Assembly (NCBI RefSeq): GCF_044324785.1
Contig: NZ_CP172127.1
Origin: Escherichia coli
GTDB lineage: Bacteria > Pseudomonadota > Gammaproteobacteria > Enterobacterales > Enterobacteriaceae
DNA: 64,000 nt
Direction: 5' to 3' (one strand)
Part shown: positions 25,592 to 38,516 of the stretch, in pieces
Numbering within the stretch: position 1 is the first letter of the stretch
Layout of the letters: each line of letters begins with the position of its first letter
Program-made: the position numbers and the translations under genes
Notes under the pieces: model-generated
Databases searched by the model: none
What the model saw: only the letters and a program-made list of their open reading frames with translations
What the model was told of the DNA's origin: nothing

Positions 25592-27826
25592 ATGGTTGCG
25601 GTAAGAAGTGCACATATCAATAAGGCTGGTGAATTTGATCCGGAAAAATGGATCGCAAGTCTGGGTATTACCAGCCAGAAGTCGTGTGAGTGCTTAGCCG
25701 AAACCTGGGCGTATTGTCTGCAACAGACGCAGGGGCATCCGGATGCCAGTCTGTTATTGTGGCGTGGTGTTGAGATGGTGGAGATCCTCTCGACATTAAG
25801 TATGGACATTGACACGCTGCGGGCGGCGCTGCTGTTCCCTCTGGCGGATGCCAACGTAGTCAGCGAAGATGTGCTGCGTGAGAGCGTCGGTAAGTCGGTC
25901 GTTAACCTTATTCACGGCGTGCGTGATATGGCGGCGATCCGCCAGCTGAAAGCGACGCATACCGATTCTGTTTCCTCCGAACAGGTCGATAACGTTCGCC
26001 GGATGTTATTGGCGATGGTCGATGATTTCCGCTGCGTGGTCATCAAACTGGCAGAGCGTATTGCTCATCTGCGCGAAGTAAAAGACGCGCCGGAAGATGA
26101 ACGCGTACTGGCGGCAAAAGAGTGCACCAATATCTACGCGCCGTTGGCGAACCGTCTTGGGATTGGACAACTGAAATGGGAGCTGGAAGATTACTGCTTC
26201 CGTTATCTCCACCCGACCGAATACAAACGCATCGCAAAACTGCTGCATGAACGCCGTCTCGACCGCGAACACTATATCGAAGAGTTTGTCGGCCATCTGC
26301 GCGCTGAGATGAAAGCTGAAGGCGTTAAAGCTGAAGTGTATGGTCGACCGAAACACATCTACAGCATCTGGCGCAAAATGCAGAAAAAGAACCTCGCCTT
26401 CGATGAGCTGTTTGATGTGCGTGCGGTACGTATTGTCGCCGAGCGTTTACAGGATTGTTATGCCGCACTGGGGATAGTGCACACTCACTATCGCCACCTG
26501 CCGGATGAGTTTGACGATTACGTCGCTAACCCGAAACCAAACGGTTATCAGTCTATTCATACCGTGGTTCTGGGGCCTGGTGGTAAAACTGTTGAAATCC
26601 AGATCCGCACCAAACAGATGCATGAAGATGCAGAGTTGGGTGTTGCTGCGCACTGGAAATATAAAGAGGGCGCGGCTGCTGGCGGCGCACGTTCGGGACA
26701 TGAAGACCGAATTGCCTGGCTGCGTAAACTGATTGCGTGGCAGGAAGAGATGGCTGATTCCGGCGAAATGCTCGACGAAGTACGCAGCCAGGTCTTTGAC
26801 GACCGGGTGTATGTCTTTACGCCGAAAGGTGATGTTGTTGATTTGCCTGCGGGATCAACGCCGCTGGACTTCGCTTACCACATCCACAGTGATGTCGGGC
26901 ACCGCTGCATCGGGGCAAAAATTGGCGGGCGCATTGTGCCGTTCACCTACCAGCTGCAGATGGGCGACCAGATTGAAATTATCACCCAGAAACAGCCGAA
27001 CCCCAGCCGTGACTGGTTAAACCCAAACCTCGGTTACGTCACAACCAGCCGTGGGCGTTCGAAAATTCACGCCTGGTTCCGTAAACAGGACCGTGACAAA
27101 AACATTCTGGCTGGGCGGCAAATCCTTGACGACGAGCTGGAACATCTGGGGATCAGCCTGAAAGAAGCAGAAAAACATCTGCTGCCGCGTTACAACTTCA
27201 ATGATGTCGACGAGTTGCTGGCGGCAATTGGTGGCGGGGATATCCGTCTCAATCAGATGGTGAACTTCCTGCAATCGCAATTTAATAAGCCGAGTGCCGA
27301 AGAGCAGGATGCCGCCGCACTGAAGCAACTTCAGCAAAAAAGCTATACGCCGCAAAACCGCAGTAAAGATAACGGTCGTGTGGTGGTTGAAGGGGTCGGT
27401 AACCTGATGCACCACATCGCGCGCTGCTGCCAGCCGATTCCTGGAGATGAGATTGTCGGCTTCATTACCCAGGGGCGCGGTATTTCAGTACATCGCGCCG
27501 ATTGTGAACAACTGGCGGAACTGCGCTCCCATGCGCCAGAACGTATTGTTGATGCGGTATGGGGCGAGAGCTACTCCGCCGGATATTCGCTGGTGGTCCG
27601 CGTGGTGGCTAATGATCGTAGTGGGTTGTTACGTGATATCACGACCATTCTCGCCAACGAGAAAGTGAACGTACTTGGCGTTGCCAGCCGTAGCGACACC
27701 AAACAGCAACTGGCGACCATCGACATGACCATTGAGATTTACAACCTGCAAGTGCTGGGGCGCGTGCTGGGTAAACTCAACCAGGTGCCGGATGTTATCG
27801 ACGCGCGTCGGTTGCACGGGAGTTAG
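25592..27826 (+). CDS. relA: GTP pyrophosphokinase ((p)ppGpp synthetase I)
   Basis: 744-aa ORF MVAVRSAHINKAGEFDPEKWIASLGITSQKSCE... ending ...VIDARRLHGS. Confidence 0.95.
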   Translation: MVAVRSAHINKAGEFDPEKWIASLGITSQKSCECLAETWAYCLQQTQGHPDASLLLWRGVEMVEILSTLSMDIDTLRAALLFPLADANVVSEDVLRESVGKSVVNLIHGVRDMAAIRQLKATHTDSVSSEQVDNVRRMLLAMVDDFRCVVIKLAERIAHLREVKDAPEDERVLAAKECTNIYAPLANRLGIGQLKWELEDYCFRYLHPTEYKRIAKLLHERRLDREHYIEEFVGHLRAEMKAEGVKAEVYGRPKHIYSIWRKMQKKNLAFDELFDVRAVRIVAERLQDCYAALGIVHTHYRHLPDEFDDYVANPKPNGYQSIHTVVLGPGGKTVEIQIRTKQMHEDAELGVAAHWKYKEGAAAGGARSGHEDRIAWLRKLIAWQEEMADSGEMLDEVRSQVFDDRVYVFTPKGDVVDLPAGSTPLDFAYHIHSDVGHRCIGAKIGGRIVPFTYQLQMGDQIEIITQKQPNPSRDWLNPNLGYVTTSRGRSKIHAWFRKQDRDKNILAGRQILDDELEHLGISLKEAEKHLLPRYNFNDVDELLAAIGGGDIRLNQMVNFLQSQFNKPSAEEQDAAALKQLQQKSYTPQNRSKDNGRVVVEGVGNLMHHIARCCQPIPGDEIVGFITQGRGISVHRADCEQLAELRSHAPERIVDAVWGESYSAGYSLVVRVVANDRSGLLRDITTILANEKVNVLGVASRSDTKQQLATIDMTIEIYNLQVLGRVLGKLNQVPDVIDARRLHGS

Positions 27827-27921
27827 TCTTACATAGCTGGATATGGCGTCAGCCGTATCCAGCGATATCTTTTACTCGAAGGTATTACACCTGACAGACC
27901 CGCAATTTTCAGGACAATTCA

Positions 27922-28713
27922 ATGAATCAAATCGACCGTTTGCTCACTATTATGCAGCGCCTGCGCGACCCGGAAAACGGCTGCCCGTGGGATAAAGAGC
28001 AGACATTTGCCACCATTGCGCCTTACACCCTTGAAGAAACCTACGAGGTGCTTGATGCCATCGCCCGCGAAGACTTTGACGATCTGCGCGGTGAACTGGG
28101 CGATCTGCTATTCCAGGTGGTGTTTTACGCGCAAATGGCTCAGGAAGAAGGGCGCTTTGACTTTAATGATATTTGCGCTGCTATTAGCGATAAATTAGAA
28201 CGTCGCCATCCGCATGTTTTTGCTGACAGTTCTGCCGAAAACAGTAGTGAAGTGCTTGCCCGTTGGGAGCAAATTAAAACCGAAGAGCGCGCGCAGAAAG
28301 CGCAGCATTCGGCGCTGGACGATATTCCTCGTAGTTTACCGGCTTTAATGCGTGCGCAAAAAATCCAGAAACGTTGCGCCAACGTTGGCTTCGACTGGAC
28401 GACGCTTGGTCCGGTAGTCGATAAAGTCTACGAAGAGATCGACGAGGTGATGTACGAGGCGCGGCAGGCTGTTGTCGACCAGGCTAAACTGGAGGAGGAA
28501 ATTGGTGACCTGCTGTTTGCCACGGTCAATCTGGCTCGTCATTTAGGGACAAAAGCGGAAATCGCATTGCAAAAAGCGAACGAAAAATTCGAGCGTCGTT
28601 TTCGCGAAGTGGAGCGTATTGTTGCCGCGCGTGGACTGGAAATGACAGGTGTTGACCTCGAAACAATGGAAGAAGTCTGGCAACAGGTAAAACGGCAGGA
28701 AATTGATCTCTAA
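27922..28713 (+). CDS. mazG: Nucleoside triphosphate pyrophosphohydrolase MazG
   Basis: 263-aa ORF MNQIDRLLTIMQRLRDPENGCPWDKEQTFATIAPYTLEETYEV... Confidence 0.93.
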   Translation: MNQIDRLLTIMQRLRDPENGCPWDKEQTFATIAPYTLEETYEVLDAIAREDFDDLRGELGDLLFQVVFYAQMAQEEGRFDFNDICAAISDKLERRHPHVFADSSAENSSEVLARWEQIKTEERAQKAQHSALDDIPRSLPALMRAQKIQKRCANVGFDWTTLGPVVDKVYEEIDEVMYEARQAVVDQAKLEEEIGDLLFATVNLARHLGTKAEIALQKANEKFERRFREVERIVAARGLEMTGVDLETMEEVWQQVKRQEIDL

Positions 28714-28925
28714 GGGAATTACGTGGTCAAGCGCGATTTGTGTCATTTTTTAAATGACAAGCGCTTGATTTGCGTCAAAAACATTTACCCCAAAGGGGCT
28801 ATTTTCTCACTCCTGATTTCAATAGTGCGCTGGCGAAGAGGAGGGATAATGAAAGTTTGTGGCACAGGTCATGTTCGGGTATACTGCTTTCCCGTCCTGG
28901 TTATTCCATCGTCTTTTCAACCTAA

Positions 28926-30578
<1,653 letters not shown>

Positions 30579-30650
30579 GTAAAAAAGTTAGAACGGCAAC
30601 GCGTACCCTGGGTACGCGTTGTTTGTCTGGAGTTTCAGTTTAACTAGTGA

Positions 30651-31964
<1,314 letters not shown>

Positions 31965-31984
31965 GTCTGACTTTATCTGATTTA

Positions 31985-32016
31985 AAAATGCCAGCCTTCG
32001 GGCTGGCATTTTTTAT
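31985..32016. terminator. Bidirectional intrinsic terminator between convergent eno and ygcG
   Basis: aaaaatgccagcc-ttcg-ggctggcatttttt: 9-bp GC-rich stem flanked by an A-run and a T-run. Confidence 0.85.
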
Positions 32017-32023
32017 GGTTGAG

Positions 32024-32896
32024 TTACCAGCGACCGGACGCGCCGCCACCGCCAGAAGAACCGCCCCCGCCGCTAAATCCGCCGCCACTTGAGCCGCCAC
32101 CGGAACCGCTGTTGTCTGAATGATAACTTCTACCAGATGCTTTTTTCTGAAGTACACATAAACAGGTAAAGACCATAATGGTGGTGAAAGTAAAAAAGAA
32201 GAAAAATACAGCAATGGAAAAAGTTTTATCGGAGAACAGGAATAAATCTAAAAGATAGATTGCTGAAATACAGACACTGCTTTTACATGCGCGACAAAAA
32301 TTACTGCCTTGATGAAAAAACCAGAAAGGGAAAAACATCACTGCAAATACCCAAAAAATAGCAAAGTAGTAATGATCGCTGGAAGACGCTGATTCACTTT
32401 CTGAAGGATTAGCCGAATATTGGTGTTGTGAAGTGAGTTGGTTATTCAAAGCGATTATAGCTAACTCTAATCCCTTAGCTAATTTTTGTTGTTTAAATGC
32501 GGGTATCATGTTGCTACGGATGATATCTCCAGCCAGAGCATCGGTTACCTTTTCTTCCAGCCCATAACCTACCTGGATGCGGACAGTACGATCCGACCAG
32601 GCAACAATGATCAGTATCCCATCATTGCGTTTGGCATCTCCTAAACGCCAATTGTTAAAAACCCTTGTAGCATATTGTTCAATTGTCTCGTCTTTGGTTG
32701 TGGGAATAATTAATACAGCAATTTGTACTTGGGTATTATTGAAAATAGATTCTAACTTCCGCGTCAGTTCTTTCTTTTCTTGTGAGTTTAAGCTACTCGT
32801 AAGATCCGTAACTTGTTGCTGTAATGATGGGACAATAGTTGGTTGGGCTGCAACAAAGGAACACACGAATGTGAACATTAGTATGAAATAGCGCAT
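32024..32896 (-). CDS. ygcG: TPM-domain membrane protein YgcG with Gly/Ser-rich C-terminal tail
   Basis: ORF 32024-32965; start placed at the ATG giving [20 protein letters not shown]... (290 aa, signal peptide-like); ends ...[28 protein letters not shown]. Confidence 0.8.
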   Translation of the reverse strand: MRYFILMFTFVCSFVAAQPTIVPSLQQQVTDLTSSLNSQEKKELTRKLESIFNNTQVQIAVLIIPTTKDETIEQYATRVFNNWRLGDAKRNDGILIIVAWSDRTVRIQVGYGLEEKVTDALAGDIIRSNMIPAFKQQKLAKGLELAIIALNNQLTSQHQYSANPSESESASSSDHYYFAIFWVFAVMFFPFWFFHQGSNFCRACKSSVCISAIYLLDLFLFSDKTFSIAVFFFFFTFTTIMVFTCLCVLQKKASGRSYHSDNSGSGGGSSGGGFSGGGGSSGGGGASGRW

Positions 32897-33189
32897 TATA
32901 AATTTCTCATTAAATCTGGATAAATAAATTGACGGCGGCATCGGTAATTTGAGATTCGTTATCATTAAAAACGAACACAGAAAAAATAAATATAAATTTG
33001 GTGAATGTTTTTGACATGATTAAATCCATTTTCTTTATTTTCTTCTGACATAATACGTTACTCCCTTTAATTATTAACGATATGTTTCGCATTTTTCTTT
33101 AAACCTGCATGTAACAGAATGTTAATAAGACATGATTGTTGCGGCAGGATCTGCAATAATTAACAATTATCCACTTCACTGAGAATGCT

Positions 33190-33861
33190 ATGCAGTACCC
33201 GATTAACGAGATGTTCCAGACCCTGCAAGGTGAGGGTTACTTTACCGGCGTTCCCGCCATTTTTATTCGTTTACAGGGATGCCCGGTTGGCTGTGCCTGG
33301 TGCGACACCAAACACACCTGGGAAAAGCTTGAGGATCGGGAAGTCTCCCTTTTCAGCATTCTGGCGAAGACCAAAGAGAGTGATAAGTGGGGGGCGGCGA
33401 GCAGTGAAGACTTGCTGGCTGTCATTGGTCGCCAGGGATACACCGCGCGGCATGTGGTGATTACGGGTGGTGAGCCTTGCATTCATGATTTGCTGCCACT
33501 GACTGACCTGCTCGAAAAGAACGGTTTTAGCTGCCAGATCGAAACCAGTGGTACTCATGAGGTACGCTGCACACCGAATACCTGGGTTACCGTATCGCCA
33601 AAGCTGAACATGCGCGGCGGCTATGAAGTGTTGTCACAGGCACTGGAGCGAGCCAACGAAATCAAGCATCCAGTGGGACGCGTACGTGATATTGAAGCAC
33701 TGGATGAACTACTGGCAACACTGACCGATGATAAACCGCGAGTCATTGCGCTGCAGCCGATTAGCCAAAAGGATGATGCCACACGTTTGTGCATTGAAAC
33801 CTGCATTGCACGTAATTGGCGTTTGTCGATGCAAACACATAAATATTTAAATATTGCCTGA
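33190..33861 (+). CDS. queE: 7-carboxy-7-deazaguanine synthase (radical SAM)
   Basis: 223-aa ORF MQYPINEMFQTLQGEGYFTGVPAIFIRLQGCPVGCAWCDTKH... (CxxxCxxC-type radical SAM cluster); YgcF. Confidence 0.92.
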   Translation: MQYPINEMFQTLQGEGYFTGVPAIFIRLQGCPVGCAWCDTKHTWEKLEDREVSLFSILAKTKESDKWGAASSEDLLAVIGRQGYTARHVVITGGEPCIHDLLPLTDLLEKNGFSCQIETSGTHEVRCTPNTWVTVSPKLNMRGGYEVLSQALERANEIKHPVGRVRDIEALDELLATLTDDKPRVIALQPISQKDDATRLCIETCIARNWRLSMQTHKYLNIA

Positions 33862-34099
33862 TTAAACATTTATAAGCGTTATAAATGGGTGGGACCTGTA
33901 AAGACTTCTACTCATTTATATTCTTTGTCGCCTCTGAAAAACCTCCATTTTGCCCATCCTGGGCTAATCATTATCATTCTCTACAAATTCTATGGCGTTA
34001 ATTTTTCGTTGGAGTGAAAATTATTGCGGTGAAATTTGGTAGATTTTAGTTTGAATAGAGTTATTTTAAATATTTATCTTTTTAATCAATGGATTAAAT

Positions 34100-34199
34100 G
34101 CTCTTTAACATAATGGATGTGTTGTTTGTGTGATCCTGTAAAGTTGGTAGATTGTGACTGGCTTAAAAAATCATTAATTAATAATAGGTTATGTTTAGA
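34100..34199 (+). promoter_or_regulatory. CRISPR leader (array at 34200-34777)
   Basis: AT-rich sequence ...tggtagattgtgactggcttaaaaaatcattaattaataataggttatgtttagag directly abutting the first repeat; degenerate repeats are at the opposite end of the array. Confidence 0.75.
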
Positions 34200-34777
34200 G
34201 TGTTCCCCGCGCCAGCGGGGATAAACCGGGCGTTTCATGCTCATTGTTACCAACCCGCCAGTGTTCCCCGCGCCAGCGGGGATAAACCGCCGATGATCGG
34301 GCTCGGCATTTCGTCGAGGGGGTGTTCCCCGCGCCAGCGGGGATAAACCGGCTTGCAGCAGCTGCGCCAACGTCTGAATATGGTGTTCCCCGCGCCAGCG
34401 GGGATAAACCGATGGTGAGTGGTTGCATATGTGCCTGGCTATCGTGTTCCCCGCGCCAGCGGGGATAAACCGAGGCTATCTATCAGCCATTCTTCATCTA
34501 CTGAGTGTTCCCCGCGCCAGCGGGGATAAACCGGTCTGCTCGTGAGTCCGCGGCGCGAATTGCCGGTGTTCCCCGCGCCAGCGGGGATAAACCGCGAAGC
34601 TCCTTCCGTTGATTACCAAAATGTTGGTGTTCCCCGCGCCAGCGGGGATAAACCGACCGCCCGAACGGCAAAGGGGGCTTCTGGAAGGAGTTCCCCACGT
34701 CAGCGGGGATAAACCGGACACAGAGCGCCGCTATAGCGCCTATGCCAAGAGTTCCCCGCACCAGCGGGAATAAACCA
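34200..34777 (+). CRISPR. Type I-E CRISPR array, 10 repeats (29 bp, GTGTTCCCCGCGCCAGCGGGGATAAACCG), 9 spacers of 32 bp; last two repeats degenerate
   Basis: Repeats start at 34200, 34261, 34322, 34383, 34444, 34505, 34566, 34627, 34688 (gagttccccacgtcagc...), 34749 (gagttccccgcaccagcgggaataaacca); 61-bp periodicity read directly from the sequence. Confidence 0.97.
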
Positions 34778-35245
34778 CCATATAACCCGTTATCTCTTTC
34801 TCAAGTTTTTATATTAGCAGTACTCGTATTAAGCAACATATCCACGTAACACCTCATGTTCAAAATAGTTCTCCATGCCAGAGAAGTTCACAATTATCGA
34901 TACAAAAAATTAAATTTAATCAAAGTGTTATTTGTATGATTCTTAAATCGTTAAGAAATTTTAATCTATTGTTTTTTTAATATTGAATTAATGCCTGTTA
35001 ATTTTTTCTTTAGAATAACAGTGTATTTTTTAAGCTTGTTATTCATTGATTAAGTAATAAATCTGGAAGTTTGTCTTTGTTTTGAGGCTAATGAGTGGTT
35101 TTACATAACCGCCTCTATAGGCTGTTGATGAATAGTTCTTATGAATAAAGATATCCAGTTCATACTTTAAATGAAAATTGATAAAGTACGGTTTGCGTTG
35201 TCTTTTATTCTAAGGACATCGAGTGTAGTTAATATTCCTTGTAAC

Positions 35246-35370
35246 AACAGGGATAAACCGAACTAGTTAAAGTTTTTATTATGTTCCCTGCATCAGCGGG
35301 GATAAACCGGACTTGTTATCATTTTTTAAGTTGTCGAACTTATGTTCCCCGCGTCAGCGGGGATAACCAT
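35246..35370 (+). CRISPR. Degenerate CRISPR mini-array (one truncated and two mutated repeats, one 32-bp spacer)
   Basis: cagggataaaccg (35248-35260), tgttccctgcatcagcggggataaaccg (35282-35309), 32-bp spacer, atgttccccgcgtcagcggggataacca (35342-35369). Confidence 0.75.
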
Positions 35371-35415
35371 TCAGGTATGTTCAGGCCGGGCAGTTTCCCG
35401 CCCGGTCTTCCTCAC

Positions 35416-36894
35416 TTACGCATTCGACCAGCTCTGGATCGAATCCGCATTCCCCAATTCCCCATGCATCACTTCATACGATTTTTTCAGGATCACATCA
35501 GTGTGCTTGGTTAGGTCTTTGAAAATGCCTTTATTCATCGCGTCGTAGCGTTTGGCGTTGCTCTCAACAGGCATAAAGATATCTTTCACGCGAACCATTT
35601 TGTCGACAGCCGTTGCGTAATCCGGGTATAGCCCCAGACCTACCGCCGTATTAATCGCTGCCCCCAGGCTTGCACAACCATTAATGGCGTTACGGCGTGC
35701 CGGAAGGTTGAACACGTCGGCAAAAATCTGCATAAACAGATCGCTGTTCGAACCGCCGCCAGTAATGATCACATGCTTTGCAAAGTGATTCATTTCATTA
35801 CACATATTGTCGTAATTGTTCTTCAGCGTCAGCGCCACGCTTTCCAGTATCGAACGATATATCCATGCGTAATCCATGCTGGAATCAAAGCCGATCATAA
35901 TCCCGCGTTTGTACGGTTCCCACGGATTGGTCAGCCAGTCCAGCACCGTCATCAGACCATTACAGCCAGGCGGCACACAAGACGCTTTTTTGTTGAGCAA
36001 ATCTTCCGGTGAAAGATCCTGTGCTTTGGCATCCTGAATTAACGACTCGCCTAACATGTCGCGCAGCCAGCTCACTGTCCACATGCCTTTGCGGATACCG
36101 TAACCTTCATACAGCAATGTTTGCGGAATAGAAGACATAATCGGCCAGTACGCTACCGGATCTTTCGGCAGTGCTTTGCCGTTCATCATCAACGCGATGT
36201 AAGTGCCAAGAGAAATTACCGCAGTTTCATCATCCAGTAACCCGGCTCCCAGTGCTTCTACCGGTTTATCACTGGTGGTACAAACAACCGGCAGCCCAGC
36301 CGGGAAATGTGTCGCCAGCGCGGCTTGAGGAGTGATATGCCCAAGAACAGTGCCCGGCATTTGCACATCAAACAGCATATGACGGGGGATATTAAACTTA
36401 TCCATTACCGCAGCCTCTTCGCTCCATGCCCAGGTCTTATAATCCACCGGCCACTGACCAAAATAGTTGGCGATATTGTCTTTAAACTCGCCGGTTAAGC
36501 GATGCGTCAGATAACCCGAAAAAGAGGTGACATATGCCACGTCAGGATTCGTATGTTCGTAAGGGCGTGTAACGCGTGCATCCTGCCAGCTGATCAACGG
36601 TGCAGCTGGCGTGCCATCGGCTTTCAATAACGCACGGCAGCAACGGATGGATCCCAGACCAATACCGACAATATCGTCTTTATTCCCGGCAAACTGACTC
36701 ATCAAATCGTGACCGGCAAAACATAATGATGCCCATAAATCGTCGTCAGGATGTTCTGCAGTATCGGCATCTGGCGTGTGCATCGGCTGCAATAAACCTT
36801 TGCCTTCGCAAACCACGTTACCTTCCAGATCGTACATCACCACTTTTGTGCTCTGACTTCCACCATCAATCCCTATGATGTATTTCTTCGACAT
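35416..36894 (-). CDS. ygcE: FGGY-family carbohydrate kinase (substrate unknown)
   Basis: 492-aa ORF MSKKYIIGIDGGSQSTKVVMYDLEGNVVCEGKG...; FGGY kinase N-terminal motif. Confidence 0.85.
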   Translation of the reverse strand: MSKKYIIGIDGGSQSTKVVMYDLEGNVVCEGKGLLQPMHTPDADTAEHPDDDLWASLCFAGHDLMSQFAGNKDDIVGIGLGSIRCCRALLKADGTPAAPLISWQDARVTRPYEHTNPDVAYVTSFSGYLTHRLTGEFKDNIANYFGQWPVDYKTWAWSEEAAVMDKFNIPRHMLFDVQMPGTVLGHITPQAALATHFPAGLPVVCTTSDKPVEALGAGLLDDETAVISLGTYIALMMNGKALPKDPVAYWPIMSSIPQTLLYEGYGIRKGMWTVSWLRDMLGESLIQDAKAQDLSPEDLLNKKASCVPPGCNGLMTVLDWLTNPWEPYKRGIMIGFDSSMDYAWIYRSILESVALTLKNNYDNMCNEMNHFAKHVIITGGGSNSDLFMQIFADVFNLPARRNAINGCASLGAAINTAVGLGLYPDYATAVDKMVRVKDIFMPVESNAKRYDAMNKGIFKDLTKHTDVILKKSYEVMHGELGNADSIQSWSNA

Positions 36895-36920
36895 GATTTT
36901 TCTCCTGTAATTTTTCTGGC

Positions 36921-38198
36921 TTACTTGCTGTTAGCCGTTGCGGGGGTGCTATCAGCAGTACGAATTTTTTGGAACAGCAAAAAGGTAAAGACGATCACCA
37001 TGGCAAGCGCCGCCATGCCCATCAGCCACATATTGCGGTAGGCTTCTGCTGCGGGCAGGGTGTCTTGCCAGTGGCCGATAATTGGGTAAACGAAGACATC
37101 CGGCAGGAATCCAATCACCGAACAAATACCTACCGTGGTGCCCATAATGTAAGACGGTGTTCTTGCTTCGCCAGGGCAGGCCCAGTACAGCCCGCGTGAG
37201 GCGTAACAGGTGAATCCCAGCAGTAAAATCAGGCCAATCCCCATCGCGACCGATTGCGGGTTAGAGTTCGTGACGAGCAGGGCAGTTAACGCCAGCAGGC
37301 CGAGTACGGAAAGGATTTGGATCACGCGGGTAGGGGATTTCACTTTACTGTAGGTGGTAATAATGCCGCCAAGTGGGCCGCACAGCGCGCGGAAGATTTT
37401 GTTGATCACAATCCCCATGTAGCTCGCCGCCACCAGCGACATGCCGTACATTTCGGTCAGATAGTTGGTGGAGTAACTCAGAATGGCGTAGATGGTGAAG
37501 ACGCCAAAAATCACCATGCTGCAATACCAGGTGGTGCTGATACGCAAAACGGCCAGGATGTCGCTAAGCTGGAATGACTGTTTTTCTTCGTTATTGGCAC
37601 TGCGCAGGTTGTTGTTATCGCTAACAAAAAACCAGCACAGAATCCCCAACAAGATGTAAACCACACTGTAGATGATAATGACCGTTTTCAGGCTGGTGCT
37701 GTCATCCGGTGCAAAGCGAGAAAAGACCCACATGGTAAACACCGCCAGCGACATTACACCGACGCCGCGCAGCCCTTCCATCCAGCCCATAATTTTCCCT
37801 TGCTCACTATGATCGCCCAGCAATGAGGCGGCTTTAATCGACACCGACCACAGCATTAAAATCGTCGTTATCGCAAAGGCGATCTGAATACAGAGCATTA
37901 CCCACAGTGGTGGATATGTTGCCATTATCAGGCCCAGCAATCCGGTAATGATCATCGCGGAAGTAATCATTTTGCGGTGTGAAAATTTATCGGCAATAAC
38001 GCCGCTGGGGGCATAAAGAATAATAGCCGCAATACCAAAGGTACTCATTATTAAACCTATCTCGGTATTGCTGAATCCCATAAATTTCGCCATGGGAATT
38101 TGATAAATATAACGTAAATAAGCCAGGTCAAAACTAACGCCGCCGCTAAAACTAATTATCGCGAGGGTTATCCAACGGCGATATGAGTTGTGTTGCAT
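36921..38198 (-). CDS. yqcE: MFS transporter (substrate unknown)
   Basis: 425-aa polytopic ORF MQHNSYRRWITLAIISFSGGVSFDLAYLRYIYQIP... Confidence 0.85.
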   Translation of the reverse strand: MQHNSYRRWITLAIISFSGGVSFDLAYLRYIYQIPMAKFMGFSNTEIGLIMSTFGIAAIILYAPSGVIADKFSHRKMITSAMIITGLLGLIMATYPPLWVMLCIQIAFAITTILMLWSVSIKAASLLGDHSEQGKIMGWMEGLRGVGVMSLAVFTMWVFSRFAPDDSTSLKTVIIIYSVVYILLGILCWFFVSDNNNLRSANNEEKQSFQLSDILAVLRISTTWYCSMVIFGVFTIYAILSYSTNYLTEMYGMSLVAASYMGIVINKIFRALCGPLGGIITTYSKVKSPTRVIQILSVLGLLALTALLVTNSNPQSVAMGIGLILLLGFTCYASRGLYWACPGEARTPSYIMGTTVGICSVIGFLPDVFVYPIIGHWQDTLPAAEAYRNMWLMGMAALAMVIVFTFLLFQKIRTADSTPATANSK

Positions 38199-38516
38199 AT
38201 CGTATTCCCATTTGTAATAGACAAAAAAAAGAGAAAAGTAAGCCGCCCTTTCAGGTGGATTACTTTTCTCAGGTCTCTAGTAATTGCAATAAGAAATAAC
38301 ATGGAAAGCAGTGGTGTTGTGTGAGAGTAATCACGCTTCTGCTTTTTAAAATTATTTGACAATTCGAATATCACACTGTGATTACGATCACATTAGCGAT
38401 TATGCCCTTATGATAAAAATTATCTCCAGTTACCAGAGATAATGAGAAAGGTAACTTCCCTCTCGCGGGGGAAGTTACCTTTCTTTTTTTTTGCCTTACG
38501 GAAATTGGAGCTAACT

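Noticed and set aside
27827-27921. Engineered deletion scar (FRT, loxP or antibiotic cassette remnant) at the relA-mazG junction
   Set aside because: No FRT (gaagttcctatac...) or lox sequence and no cassette remnants; the 95 bp contain only a simple palindrome, so a natural allele is more parsimonious.
34086-34761. ORF-track entries inside the 9-spacer CRISPR array (34086-34370, 34195-34428, 34494-34721, 34498-34761, minus strand) with recurring PLARGT / YPRWRGEH / FIPAGAGNT peptides
   Set aside because: The repeated peptides are translations of the 29-bp CRISPR repeat in different frames; these are array artefacts, not genes.
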